A stretch of DNA of 47,708 nt, counting the filler, from Jimgerdemannia flammicorona (Eukaryota), in NCBI GenBank assembly GCA_003990765.1. It is 2 parts of 2 records of this genome, joined end to end, with 100 filler letters (N's around TTAATTAATTAA, not from the genome) between each part and the next. Parts side by side here need not be neighbours in the genome. Positions count along the whole stretch, not along the records: positions 1 to 23,805 come from RBNJ01001062.1; positions 23,906 to 47,708 come from RBNJ01001063.1. The stretch is one strand, 5' to 3'. Below the pieces are notes generated by a model. It had not been told where the DNA came from. It did not search any database and was given only the letters and a program-made list of their open reading frames with translations. Positions 11,982 through 25,468 of this stretch are shown here, in pieces. The position numbers were made by a program, and so were the translations under genes. Position 1 is the stretch's first letter; the number at the start of each line of letters is the position of its first letter.

Positions 11982-13479
11982 TATAATGGTGACCCCAGAA
12001 TGATGACATCAGTATAGGAGACAGCCTTTTCTTGCAAGTCACCAGATCAGAGCACAAGAAGATTATACAGCATACAAGATGAGCAATGATGACCAACTGT
12101 GAGTCATTGCGACCACAATATAAGCATCCTGAAGAATATAAAAGAAGGATCAAGAAACTGCAGTAGCAGCAACCAACAAGACCCACCAATCCCAAAATAG
12201 CTCAAAGACTTACCACAAATGAAATGCCTCCACTTGCCAAACCTCAAGGTCAAGGAACCACCAAGGTACCTCAGTTGAAGAAAGGATGTTCCAAGACATC
12301 AGGAGAGCTATGAGGACCCACTCAAGAAGGACTCCTAGTGTTGACCTGGGTACTGCAGATCCCTATCATTATATTCTCTACTGTCATGAAATGGAAACAA
12401 GGATCACTATTACTACTGAATGCCTCCAAATATGGCAGGAGTATGAAATAGGAAACCTCCTCTGCCGGGAGTTCCCATAGGCCAGCCCTCAAGAGCTACA
12501 AGATCCCACTTCCATGGATATATACAAGACAAGAACAGCTAAGAAGATCCATCAGATCTTCAGGCATACACCATGGTCAATGCCCAACTTGGAGTATGTT
12601 AGAGTCTCAGATTTTAGAGACCTGTCATCCCACCATATCAATGCACTTGAAGCCAGAGTAGCTATAGAAGCCCAGTCCACTATCACCCTCAACAGTGATG
12701 AAGTAGAAGACTTCTGGCATCCCATCCTTTAGGACAACCCAGATTGGTATTCTAAGGCCCAAGCATCCAGATTAGACCTCCCCAAGACCCCATATTTGTT
12801 CCTTATTTTGTGGAAGAGAACCTCATAGATTAGAGAGCCTCCAATTTTCCCACCGAACGTGATGACATCATTGGTAATGACATCATCCCATGTGACATCG
12901 AAGCATGTGAAATGACGAATTCATGGACCTTATCTCCTTTGAAGATATCCTGACCTCTGATGACAAGGATGAAGCCCTCATGGTCCTGAACTTTCTGCTC
13001 TAAGTTCTTTATTATACTGAATAATACCAGTACCAGTATTTTGATGTAACACTGGATAATGCCAGTACTGGCATTCTAAGGTGATGCAAAATTATTCCAG
13101 CACTGATATTCTGATGTGATACTGAATTATACCAGCATCCTGAACCTGTACAACCATCAGTGCTGACCCTAGAACTTAGTAGTTTTAGTTATTGGAATTT
13201 ATATTTAGCTTTATATCTTAGCAACCATTGAATTATATTTTGTATAAATATTCCTCTTATTTTCTCTGAAATAAAGTCAGTTCCAGTTCACTTACATACA
13301 CTTCCTTGCAAGTAATCTAAGAGATAACAAGATAGTTAAAGATAAGAAGTTTGAGGACTATAAGACCTTGGGAAGGTACTCTAATAAGAACTTACTTATA
13401 ACAAACTTGAGTTAGTCTAAGAGATACACCTTAAAGAGAATCTGGTATATTTGAAGGACTTAGTGATCACTACATAACA
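11982..13479 (+). repeat. 5' LTR of copy B
   Basis: TATAATGG (decayed TGTAACGG)...TACATAACA; matches 18925-20446. Confidence 0.93.
12224..13003 (+). pseudogene. ORF-X in 5' LTR of copy B
   Basis: ORFs 12286-12480 and 12514-12732; small indels. Confidence 0.75.
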
Positions 13480-13499
13480 ACTTAGTGCCCATTGGCTAG
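13480..13499 (+). promoter_or_regulatory. Primer binding site of copy B
   Basis: ACTTAGTGCCCATTGGCTAG immediately after the LTR; decayed form of ACT-TGGTGCCCATTGGCTGG seen in copy D. Confidence 0.8.
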
Positions 13500-13599
13500 T
13501 GATTCAAGATAAATCTCCCACTTTCAAGCTAAAAAATGAACAACTCCCACAACAACTACCCTGACTACAAGAGTTACTACTGCAAGAATTCAAGATAAG

Positions 13600-16500
13600 A
13601 TAGAAATGCGCCCCCCCACATTCTATAGATATACATACTACTGAAGAGTCAATCCTGATCTTCATTGAAGACTTTGAACAATTCGCTGCCATATGAGCCC
13701 TTGGTATAGATGCTGAATTGGTTCTTCTACTAGTCAGCCTCAGAGGACCTGCCAGAGACAAGTTCAATATAGCCACCATTGCTGATACTGGTGCAGCCAA
13801 ACTTGCCAACATAAAGGCCTTCCTCAGAATAATATACTATACTGAAGAGATCAAGCAAGCTCTCAAGGATCAACTCAATACTATCTGCTAGAGACTTAGT
13901 GAAGATCTCAACTTATTCTATATCCAAATCTGCTACCAGATTGTCTTGGCTGGCTATGATGACCACCTTAAGGAACAAATAGCAGATTCAACCTTCCTCA
14001 AAGGAGTTCACCCTGAAATTACCCTAGTAATCTGGTCTACCTCAGCTACACTGACCCTTGATCAGAAAGTGGTCTTTATATAGAGATATTGAACTGCCAG
14101 ACACCCTATCAAACACTCAATGGAGAAAATAACTGGCATCAAGATGAAGCCATCAAAGCCAACTAGTATCATACCTATCACAGTTGTAAACAGACAAACA
14201 ACCCCACCTACTCCCAAGACAGCCAAAGCTGACCCAGTGGAAGAACTTGCCAAGCAGTTTGCTGAGATAACTGCATATCTTGGTGATGTTGTTAGAGAAG
14301 TCTAAAGTACCAACAGGAGACCAGTGCAGAGATTTTCAGCCACTATAGAAGAACACAATATCATATGCTTCAGATGTGGAGAAGAAGGCCACTATGCAAA
14401 GAGTTGAATGACTGAAATAAGATGCAAAGCCCAACCAAGAAATACTAGCAGAACCAGAGAACAAATTAATGCAGTAGTCATCAAGGAGATTGGTGATACT
14501 GATGATGAAGAATACTATGAGGAGCTTGAATTCTACCCTGCTACTGAAGGTACCAGAACCCGGTCCAAGCCCTATGATAAGAAGAACAACAGCAAGTCAG
14601 TTAGAAGACCAAAGAAGACCCCAGCTGTCACTATTCAAAGCAAGACCCAACTCAAGAAGATTGATCAAGACATGGAGTTAGATGAAGCTGTCTGCCAAAT
14701 TATTGAAGGCACTACTCCAGTCTCAGGAGAAAGCAAAAGCAAGAAGGAACAGAAGCTGCACAAGACCAAGATCCATCAGTATGATATCTATAAGAATCTT
14801 AAGGAACAGAAGGTCAATGCTACCTTTGGACAACTAGTCGAAGTCCCTGCCATCAGACAGCAGTTGAGAGTAGGACTTGCAACTACTGCCAAGAATCAAG
14901 AGTACAAGATTGTAGAAGCTTACAATGCACAGGAAGAATCCAAGAACTCAGGTGAAGAATCTGAAGACCAGCGCAAGACATCAGCCTATACCCCATGTCA
15001 GATCAAAGACTGTATCTTTAATACTATCATTGATACTGGTGCTGGAGGATATCTCATGAGCAAGAAGGCAATTGACTGCCTAGGCTGGGACATTGAAGAG
15101 TCCACCAAGATGGTCTATGTTACAGCAGATGGTACATGAGCTACCCTCCTTAGCAAAATCTGAGAAGTTCCCATCAAGATAAGAGGAGCTACCATTCCAG
15201 TAGATGTGATTGTCACAAGTGCCACCAACTATGACATCCTCATTAGCAACCAATGGCTTCATAAGGCCAAGGCCATCATTAACCTCAATACTCAGAAGAT
15301 ACAGATCAACTATAGAGGAAGAAAGGTATAAGTCTCTATCAATGTCTACAAGGGAGTCCTACCAGACATGGAGAAAAGAGATGAAGAGGACACAGAGGTC
15401 TTCATGCACTTGGTGAATAAGAACAAGAATCAGACATCACTCTCAAGGTCAAGAAGTTTCACCCTGAAGCCAAGATCCCAGAATACAAGACTGAAGGAAC
15501 CATAGGAATGGACCTTGCCAGCATTCAAGATGCTACTCTCAAACCCCAGACCACCACTCTACTTGGTACTGGAATTGGAGTCAAGCTGCCAGAGAACCAT
15601 GCTGGAATCATCAAGACCAGGAGCAGTCTGACCAAAAGTGAAATCTCAGTTGAAGGAGGAGTAATTGACTCTGATTATACTGGTGAGATCTTCCTCATAG
15701 TCAGAAATTACAACCACACCACCCCCTTTGAAGTCAAGAAGCATGACAGGATTGGCCAGATGCTGATCTACAAAATCAAGAAACCCAAGATCATAGAAGC
15801 CATCAAACTCATCAAGACCAAGAGAGGAGAATAAGGCTTTGGATCTACTGGAAGAGGAGCCTATACTACTACCAAGATTACTGAACTTGAGTATAAGAAA
15901 GACAAGGATCAGAACAAGCATACATATATCATTGGAGAAAACTTTCCCCTAGAGGAACAACTTCTTAAGATCCTGTACCAGAATGAAGGAGTACTTGCTA
16001 CAGACTTTAGGAATATCCATAATTAAGAACCCAAGTACTATCATGAAGTTGACACTGGTGATACCAAGCCCATCTATCAGAAAGCCAGACTCATACCACC
16101 TGCCTACAGAGAGTGGCTGCAAGCAGAACTCAAGGAAATGGAAGAAGCCAGAATCATCAAGCAAGCTATCAGTCCCTGGGCCTCACTCATTGTCCTTGCT
16201 CCATAGAAAGGAAGCAAGCTTAGAGAGTTTGCACCAAGACTCTGCATTGACTACAGGAAGCTTAATGCTATTACTAAGAAGGATAGACAGCCCTTGCCAA
16301 ATATTCAAGAAATCCTTACCACTCTTGGAAGTGAAGCCAAATACTACACCACCTTAGATCTGTTCTCAGGCTTCCATCAGATTGGTCTCACTCAGATGCC
16401 AGTGAGAAATCAGCCTTCATCACACCTGATGCCACCTATATCTACCTACAAATGCCATTTGGAATATGCAATATCCCAGCAAGTTTCTAGTAAATAATGA

Positions 16501-17371
16501 ATAGAGTCTTCAGCAATAAGATTGGAAAATGGCTCTTTGTCTATGTTGATGATGTGATCATCTTCAGCAACACTGTATGGGAATATGTCAATTACATACA
16601 GTTAGCCCTCAAGAAGCTCAAAGAGTATGACCTTTATATCAAGCTCAAGAAATGCAAGTTTGCAGCCCAGGAAATCACCTACCTAGGACACCTCATCAAC
16701 CAGATCAGAATCCACACAGACCTATGAAGATTGAGACTGTTGCAGCCTACCCAAGACCCAGGACAATCACAGAAGTCTATGCCTTTCTTGGACTGGCCAG
16801 CTACTACAGAAGGTTCATCAAAGGATACTTCAGCATTGCAGCACCTATCTATGAGCTACTGAATAAGGAAACCAAATTTGAATGGATCAAGGAGTGCCAA
16901 GAAACCTTCAATGAACTCAAGACCAGGTTAACCCAAGCACCTATCCTCAGAAGACCAGATTGGAACCTAGAATTCATCCTGCAGACAGATGCGAGTACTA
17001 TAGAACTTGGAGCAGTTCTAGCTCAGAAGAAAGATGGACATAAATATGTCATCTCCTATGCAAGCTAAGGTACCTGTAGAGCAGAACAGAACTATGAGTC
17101 ATGCAAGCTTGAATACTTAGCAGTAGTTTGGGCAGTAGACAAGTTCCACTACTACCTAGCTGGAAAATACTTTACCATTCAAACAGACCATTCTGCTCTT
17201 GCCTGACTATTCCACACCCTGAACCTCAAAGAAATATATGCCAGATGGATCTACAGACTACAAGAGTATGACTGTACTATCAAGCACCACTCAGGAAAGA
17301 CCAACACCAATACTGATGCACTCTCAAGGATACCCCAAAACACCTCCATCAAGACTATTCAACATAAATAA
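13600..17371 (+). pseudogene. pol: gag-PR-dUTPase-RT-RNase H polyprotein pseudogene (copy B)
   Basis: CFRCGEEGH; protease IIDTGA; dUTPase RSSL and GGVIDSDYTGEI; RT YVDD; RH QTDAS and DALSR. Confidence 0.93.
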
Positions 17372-18597
17372 AGAGCTATACTATGGGTTAATTAGCTATC
17401 TTGGACAGCAGAAGATGCCCAACCACCTCGAACTCTGGACAATCACCTTCATCAACTAGACTTGGAAACAGTTTGAACTAGACAACACTACACTTAGAAA
17501 AGGAGGAAAGCTAATAATACCTGAATACAAGAAGTATCAAGTAATGAAGGAAGTACATGAGCAAGGACACTTAGGAGGAATCAACATATATGACAAAGCA
17601 AGAAGAACTATGCGGTGGCCCAAGATGGAAGAAGATCTGTACCAATTTGTCAAAGGGTGTGATAAGTGCCAAAAACAGAAACAAGATCAATAAGATCAGG
17701 CATCTGAGTCATCAAGAATTGAGCCTATCCCCTTCCACCACATTGCAATGGATATCATTGGACCACTACCAGTAATACTATCAGGAAACTGCTATATTAT
17801 AGTTATTATAGACCTCTTCACCAAATAGATAGAGGCAGGAGTACTACAAGAAGCCAATGCTCTCTCTATAGCTGACTTCCTGTACTGAGAAATCATCTGC
17901 CACTACAAGACACCAAAGCAAATCACAACAGACCACAGAATGGAATTTGTCAATAGATTCTATGAGATAATGTATCAGAAATACAAGATCCAGCACATCA
18001 AGACCACTGCATACCATCCTCAAGGAAATGGACAGACAGAGAGAACCAATAAGACCCTCAAGAACATCCTAGCAAAGATCTCAGAGACATATGAGAATTG
18101 GAATAACTATCTCCCAACTGCCCTCTCTGTCCTATGAGACATATAGTCACAGAGCACATACTTTACCCCAAGAGAGCTGCTCTTCAGAGAAGAAGATTCT
18201 GATGGAACCTCAGCCACAAATCTAGACCTAACTTGGAGATAGGTTGATGCAGAAATCTGAAGACTACACCAAATCAGGAAGAAGGCTGAAGATTACATCA
18301 CCAAGTTATAAGCACTGATAAGGAAGAATGTAGAAAAGAATCATAAGGCCCTAGAACCCATCTGAATCAGAGAAAAGATTCTACTGTATTGAAATATAAT
18401 AGAAACCTCATGGTTGTGAAAACTGGAGCCCAAATGAGAAAGACCCTTCTATATACAAGATATCAAAAGAACCACCTTCTGGCTTAGAAAAATCTCAGGG
18501 ACCATACTGCCTACTACAGTACATAGGAACAGACTCAAGAAGTACCACGAATCTATATAAGAGAAGCAAAATGTAATGGCCACCCATGAGATTCTAG
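17364..18597 (+). pseudogene. int: Integrase pseudogene in a separate frame (copy B)
   Basis: (M)NKELYYGL..., HEQGHLG..CDKC, IAMDIIGP, TDHRMEF, GQTERTN, KLEPK(W). Confidence 0.9.
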
Positions 18598-18924
18598 TCC
18601 ATGAATCGTAACAGCATGTCCTATGACCAGCAGGCTATCTGTCTGGACCATTCTCTAAGAGATATAGTATTGGCAACTACTCATCCATGAGACTTTTGAA
18701 GTCAGAGGAGTTCAAACTGTCAACTGATTGGTCAAGATCAGAATCAGGCCCTTGCTCTATATAAAGGGAGCAACCCTTCACCATCATGCCAAAATACAAA
18801 GGGAAGACACCAGTTCATAAACACCACTTTTCGACCCCTTGCCAGAGATTATGGGATCAGCAAATTTTTCAGGACTGGACCAATAAATAAGGATGCTCAA
18901 GAAGATTCTTATTCAGAAGGAAGA

Positions 18925-20446
18925 TGTAACAGTGACCCCAGAATGATGACATCAGTACAGGAGACAGCCTTTCCTTATAAGCCACCAGATTGGAGTACAA
19001 GGATATCATACAGCATATAAGATGAGCAATGATGACCAACTGTGAGTCATTGCAACCACAGTACAAGCATCCTGAAGAATATAAAAGAAGGATCAAGGAA
19101 CTGCAGTAGCAGCAACCAACAAGACCCACCAATCCCAAAATAGCTCAAAGACTTACCACAAATGAAATACCTGCTGCTTGCCAAACCTCAAGGTCAAGAA
19201 ACCACCAAGGTACCTCAGTTGAAGAAAGGATATTCCAAGACATCAGGAGAGCTATGAGGACCTGCTCAAGAAGGACTCCTAGTGTTGACCTAGGTATTGC
19301 AGATTCTTATCATTATATCCTCTACTGCTATGAAATAGAAACAAGAATCACCATTGCTACCAAATGTCTCCAAATGTGGCAGGAGTACAAAATAGGAAAC
19401 CTTCTCTGCCAGGAGTTCCTACAGGCTAGCCCTCAAGAGCTACAAGATGCCACTCTCATGGATATATGCAAGACAAGAATGGCTAAGAAGATCCATCAGA
19501 TCTTCAGGCATGCACTATAGTTGATCTTTAACTTAAAGTATATTAGAGTCTCAGATTTCAGAGATCTATTATCCTGCCATATCAATGCACTAGAAGCCAG
19601 GGTGGCTATAGAAGCCCAGTCCACTATCACCCTCAACAGCAATGAAGTAGAAGACTTCTGGCATCCCATCCTTCAGGATAACCCAGACCAATTCCTACAA
19701 GGATTGATCTCAGTATTCTAAGGCCCAAGTATTCAGGTTAGACCTCCCTAAGACTCCACATTTGTTCCTTATTTTGTGGAAAAGAACCTCATAGATTGGA
19801 GAGCCCCTGATTTCCCTGCTGAACATGATGATGTCATCAGCGATGATGTCATCCTGCATAACATCGAAGCACATAAAAATGATAAATTCATGGACCTCAT
19901 TTCCTTCAAAGATATCCTGACCTCTGATGATGAGGATGAAGCCCCTATGGTCCTGAACTTTCTGCTCTAAGTTCTTTGTTACACTGAATAATGCCAGCAC
20001 CAGTATTTTGATATAACACTGGATAATGCCAGCACTGGTATTCTGAGGTGATGCAAAATTATTCCAGCACCAGTATTCTGATGTGACACTGAATTATACC
20101 AGTATTCTGAACCTGTACAACCATCAGTGCTGACCCTGGAACTTAGTAGTTTTAGTTATTGGAATTTATATTTAGCTTTATATCTTAGCAACCATTGAAT
20201 TATATTTTGTATAAATATCTCTCTTATTTTCTCTGAAATAAAGTCAGTTCCAGTTCACTTACACATACTTCCTTGCAAGCAATCTAAGAGATAACAAGAT
20301 AGTTAAAGATAAGAAGTTTGAGGACTATAAGACCTTAGGAAGGTACTCCAATAAGAACTTGCTTATAACAAACTTGAGTTAGTCTAAGAGATATACCTTG
20401 AAGAGAATCTGGTATATTTGAAGGACTCAGTGACCACTACATGACA
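18925..20446 (+). repeat. 3' LTR of copy B
   Basis: TGTAACAG...ACATGACA after the PPT. Confidence 0.95.
19167..19970 (+). pseudogene. ORF-X in 3' LTR of copy B (267 codons, no indels)
   Basis: ORFs 19254-19520, 19521-19721 and 19776-19970 are all in one frame. Confidence 0.8.
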
Positions 20447-22006
20447 CTATATACAACCTATTTACATTAACTCATCTGCATACAACCCACCCATATGCAA
20501 CCTGTCCACATACTTATCTTGGCCCCTCAGATCAGAGCTCAGTTCTATTAGAAAGGAGAGTTCAAAGTTACCTAAGTTCAACTATATCCAGCATTTAATC
20601 AAATAGAGAAATTCAAGGGCAAGATATTCAGTATGAGTAGTACATATCAGCATCATCATAAAGGCTTAGGGAGGTCTACATTCGAATCAGAGCTAATCAT
20701 TCTTGACCAAGAGGTTCATTGGCCAGCAGGAGTAACCAATAATAAAAAGAACTATATTATTATTAATGATTATAGAGAGGTGGTTGCAATGATGGTAAGA
20801 AATCTCTATGGTGATAAGCTTCACCACTACATTAATGAGGTTTATGAGGATTGTATCAAATACTGAGTGACAGAAAAGAAGGGGTGAAAAAAGCAAGGAG
20901 GGGGGGTTTGGATGGAAATTAGATATACTATAATACTGATAAAAAGTGGGTTCTGGAGTTCTGAAATCCTCTACACTTATCTTTTTTTTTTTTTCTCTTC
21001 TCTAGATAATTACTCTCTTTGCTGACATATTCTTTTTGATACAATTCCAGGGATATACAAGATTCTGTACCCCTACTGGAACTTTAGAAGTATCATTGAA
21101 GAGCAAACTATATGTGAGTATGACATAGTCTATATAGTGATGGCAGCTATAATCTGGAGTTCTTTGAGCAGATTGATAGAGTATATGACAGGTCAGCTTG
21201 GTAGTAATCTTAATACAGCTATATATGTTCTTAGTACAATTTAGTATACTGTATGAGGTGAGGAGCTCTGCTTTTTTGGTACTGCAGCCCAGGGGGTTTC
21301 TGCAGTCTGGGGGGTTTCTGCTCCCCCACACACAAAAAGAACTGACCAGATACCATCCATTTTAACAGGTTTCTAAGCTAGGGCTCTTAGGGCTGGACCA
21401 AGAGCAGGCATCTACCAGCACAGCCTGGCAGTATGAGGTCCTGAGTCAAGGGTTCATCCAACTATATGCTCATATTACATTAGGATATGTCAGACACAAT
21501 ATTTCTCTGCCTATATACACAGATAACAATATCACCCCAGTAATGTTTTATATCTTAGAAAGGAAGGGCCCAACCTGGAAGGATAGTGGCAGAGTCTGGT
21601 ACAACCTTACTTACAGTTTTAGGGTCCTGTTTGTGGCCAACACAGCTATTCTATTCCAACCACATAACTACTATAGTACTATCACCTTCAAGGAGAGCTC
21701 AGATACAACAGTTGTCACACTTATAATAGATGACAGGCTCATCAAGACCTGAGACCAGTAGGTGGAGTAGTTTTTGTAAGGGTTAGGCAATCTTTTATAA
21801 GGGTTTGGTAGTCATTTTGTACAGGTTGGGCAGTCTTTTGTAGGGAGTTAGACTGGCAGCTGGGCACCTCTTCTATAGTACTAGTTTAGCCATTATGCCA
21901 GGCCCTATCAGCCCCTTGGCCCTGCTCTATAGTGCTGCTAGTATAATATTATAGCACAGGGCCAGAGTGCCTGTGAGATCTGAACTAGTGATGGGGTCTG
22001 GACTTT

Positions 22007-22128
22007 GACTGCCAGAAGTACCCTCTGATCACCAGAAATACTCTCTGACTGCTAGAAGTACTCTCCAACTGCCAGAAGTACTCTATGACTACCAGAAGTA
22101 TCCTCTAACTGCCAGAAATACTCTCTGA
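22007..22128 (+). repeat. 20-bp tandem array, about 6 units (GACTGCCAGAAGTACTCTCT)
   Basis: Read directly from the sequence. Confidence 0.85.
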
Positions 22129-22147
22129 TCTGAACTTGGACTCCTTG

Positions 22148-22620
22148 GTAGCTTGGGATTACCTTTATACTACTGGCAGAGAGCTGCAAATTTTGCACAC
22201 TCCCTCCATCAATCCTACCAACCCCTGGCCCAGATATAGGCTGCTTGAGAGTACTCCATATAGCTAGTGGAGGGCAGCAAATTTTGTATGCTCCCTCTAC
22301 CAACTCTCTCATCCTGGACACTTGCAGCTTGCAGCTATCCCTTACTATCAACAGAGAGCCACAAATTTTGCATGTTCTCTCTACTGACCCCACCCCCTCT
22401 GTCTACTCTCCTATCTTAGATACTTGTAGCTTGGGACTACCCCTTGCTACTGGTAGAGGGCTACAAATTTTGCATGCTCTCTCTACCAACCCCACACTCA
22501 CTGACCCTACCCACCAATCTGGGTACTGATAGCTTGAGGCTGTTCTTGCTGCTGGTGGAGGGCCACAAATTTTGCATACTCCCTCTGCTACTACTACTAC
22601 TGCCCCACTTGGGCCACAAA
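22148..22620 (+). repeat. ~85-105-bp tandem array, about 5 units, core (G/A)CAAATTTTGC
   Basis: Units begin (T/C)AGCTTG and contain TGGTAGAGGGC.ACAAATTTTGCA. Confidence 0.8.
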
Positions 22621-23805
22621 CTCTAAGCCAAGTTCTAAGTTTTTTTATCCTTTTTATTTTTAATATATTAAATAATCCACAAGGCCAATTAACTTATCCA
22701 CAAACTCCAGGACCTATCAAATTTTAGTAGCCTGAGCCCCACCAAGATTTCAGATATACATATATATATCTGGATTATCTCAGTATTCAGTATACATCTC
22801 TTAAAGGCAATGAGATCCACTCTACCTGAGAACACCCACTCAATAGGAGTACTGGAGGCAAGAATTGCCAGATAGTCTCAAGCTATATCACACAGACTGA
22901 GGAAGTCTGTTTGATATAGCTATATGCCCTGGTAGATAGAGCAGTGGTTAGAATAGTAGATTAAATTGGCTCAACACAACCAACCACCTGCCTGACAACC
23001 TACTTTCCATCAGTTGAGTTCCTCCACATCCTCCAACAGGATCACATAGTTACTAGCAAGATAAATGATGAGTTTGTCTATTGATGGCAGCTCTTTTACT
23101 GATGGCTCTCTCTTTTTCTTTCTGCTGAAGTAAATGTAGGACAGGAGGGATCTCTTGGTATATTTGTCCAGACTTTAGCTGGAATCTTGTGGCAGTACAT
23201 AGTTTTTTCAGTACATTTTGATTATGGTCTACTTGGTTCTCTCAATGAAGTACTACTCCTAGCTCTGATCTTTATAGTATTGTAGCTTTAAGTATAGAGC
23301 ACTGTTTAGAGAAAGAGAGTGAGTTTTTGTAGAGGTTTCTCTGTTTTAGAAGGAGCAATGGCCACACACCAATATACTTGTACTGATTGAGTATATGGCA
23401 GTATCTGTTTTGAAGTAGTATTTTCTAAGCTTACTTAGAGCAACCTCTATGATATCTCTCTGATCTAGGCTTAACTATAAATTACTGCAACCCTCTAGCC
23501 TGTCCTTAAGCTTATTCTCTAGCTGGTCAATTAGAAAATTGTATACTGGTATTGTAGAGCTTATTGTCAGGGTTGTTTGTTTGACTATATCTTTTGTACA
23601 ATTATCAAAACACTGGCAATTATGTATAGTAAGATATTATATTATATAGAGGTAGACAAAATAAGTATAGGGCCAGAGCAATCACCTCTTACTTTCAAAA
23701 CTCTGACAATATTCCTAAGTACATCCCACTCACTTTTACCTAGAGCCTCATCTCATATTTCCTTGTTAGTAACTACTATTGAATCTATTGGCTTTTTTTT
23801 TTTTT

Positions 23806-23905
23806 NNNNNNNNNNNNNNNNNNNNNNNNNNNNNNNNNNNNNNNNNNNNTTAATTAATTAANNNNNNNNNNNNNNNNNNNNNNNNNNNNNNNNNNNNNNN
23901 NNNNN
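23806..23905. other. Assembly gap with artificial six-frame-stop linker TTAATTAATTAA
   Basis: 44 N, then TTAATTAATTAA (23850-23861), then 44 N; total exactly 100. Confidence 0.95.
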
Positions 23906-24732
23906 AAGAGAAGGAAGAAGGCCCAGCGGGAGCCAAGGGAGCGAACCCAGAGCCAGTGTCAAAGTGAACGGAAGACATGTGGAAGAGCATGTATAAGGGG
24001 GACGAACAAAGAACGTAACTGAAAATATATCAGCCATTTATTGCCACGTAAAAACGCGGTCCTTATATACAAAATACGACATCCCAAAAGGGAGGACGCG
24101 CCACAACTCGGGGCGAACCGAATTAGGAACCACATGACCGCCAGAGATAAGCAGAGATAAAGGGGGAGCCAATCCCAGTTGCAGGATAAAAATCACAAAC
24201 AAACACAAACAAAACAAATCCAAATCAAGATTAAAAAACATCCTTGCCCCCTCCGGGGTCTCGCGCTCACTCTGGGGTCTCGGCCTTACTCCGCTCCCCT
24301 CCGCTGCCTTCGGTCCCTCGCTTCACTCGGGCTCGCTGTGGCTCGCTCCGTTTCGGCCTCACCCCTCGCTCACGCTCACCCCTCCGGGGTCTGTGGATGT
24401 TTTTTAATCTCGATTTGGATTTGTTTTGTTTGTGTTTGTTTGTGATTTTTATCCTGCAACTGGGATTGGCTCCCCCTTTATCTCTGCTTATCTCTGGCAG
24501 TCATGTGGTTCCTAATTCGGTTCACCCCGAGTTGTGGCGCATCCTTCCTTTTGGGACATCATATTTTGTATATAAGGACCACGTTTTTACATAGCAATAA
24601 ACGGCTGATGCATTTTCGGTTACATTCTTTGTTCATCCCCCTTATACACGCTCTTCCACATGTCTTCTGTTCGCTTTGACACTGGCTCTGGGTTTGCTCC
24701 CTTGGCTCCCGCTGGGCCTTCTTCCTCCTCTC
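23906..24732. mobile_element. Foldback / long-TIR non-autonomous DNA element; arms 23906-24243 and 24395-24732
   Basis: Arms are reverse complements that differ mostly by transitions; GC-rich ~150-bp spacer; left end abuts the gap. Confidence 0.75.
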
Positions 24733-24733
24733 T

Positions 24734-24984
24734 AAGATTATAAAAATCAAGAAGCTAGAGAAAATAAAAAGAGAAAAAATTAAATCTATAGAAAGTGAAG
24801 TTTTTATTAATATTAAAATCACTAAGTTAGATTATAAAAAAAAAAAATTACAAACAAATATAGATATATTATTAGAAATAATTTTCACTTACAGAGAATC
24901 TTAAGAAGCTACTTTATAAATTTGAAGATATTTTTGTTATTAATTTTAAGAATATTAAGAGAAAGATATTATATTACTATATAT
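24734..24984 (+). pseudogene. Old family-2-like pol relic (end of dUTPase, pre-RT); resumes at 25449-25468 and 32947
   Basis: Colinear with D 37335-37590 once G>A/C>T decay is allowed for. Confidence 0.65.
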
Positions 24985-25448
24985 TATAATATGTATAGTA
25001 GATACTTAATCTTAGAAGTATGTCAGATTTCTGTATCTTGAAAACTTGATCTTCTTTAACTCTATAGAGTTCTCAGAATATAAGAGTAGATAAGTTCAAA
25101 GTATATCTATCTACAGGCTTACTAGTTCCTTTGTTTTTTCTTTACTTTAAACTATTTTGATCTGAGGTTTATTTACTCTAAAACTAGGAATATTTATATA
25201 AGTTTGCTAGCTATAATGTGGCTAAGTTATGAGTCACTTTTCATAAGTATTAATCCTTGATATTTTTTAAATCTTTGATGATTATTAAGACTTTAACATC
25301 TGTGAATTTTTGACATTTGTGAAGAGTTTAACATTTATGAAATAACTGCTATTTGTAAGACTATACTATATCAGAAATTGGGTTCAGATACTATAATCAA
25401 ATGTCTAATTCCTCTAATTCTTATTCCTAATTCAGATTAACTATTACA
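24985..25448 (-). repeat. Solo LTR related to family 2, TSD ATAT
   Basis: Reverse complement matches both ends of the D LTR (e.g. GTCAGATTTCTGTATCTTGAAAACTTGA); ATAT at 24981-24984 and 25449-25452. Confidence 0.75.
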
Positions 25449-25468
25449 ATATATACTATAATATAAAT

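Larger units (their letters stand above)
11982..20446 (+). mobile_element. Ty3/Gypsy family 1 copy B, near full length, 4-bp TSD CTAT
   Basis: Paired LTRs, PBS 13480-13499, PPT AGAAGGAAGA 18915-18924, CTAT at 11978-11981 and 20447-20450. Confidence 0.96.

Noticed and set aside
23850..23861. Palindromic TTAATTAATTAA between N runs
   Set aside because: Symmetric 100-bp gap filler with stops in all six frames; an assembly artefact.
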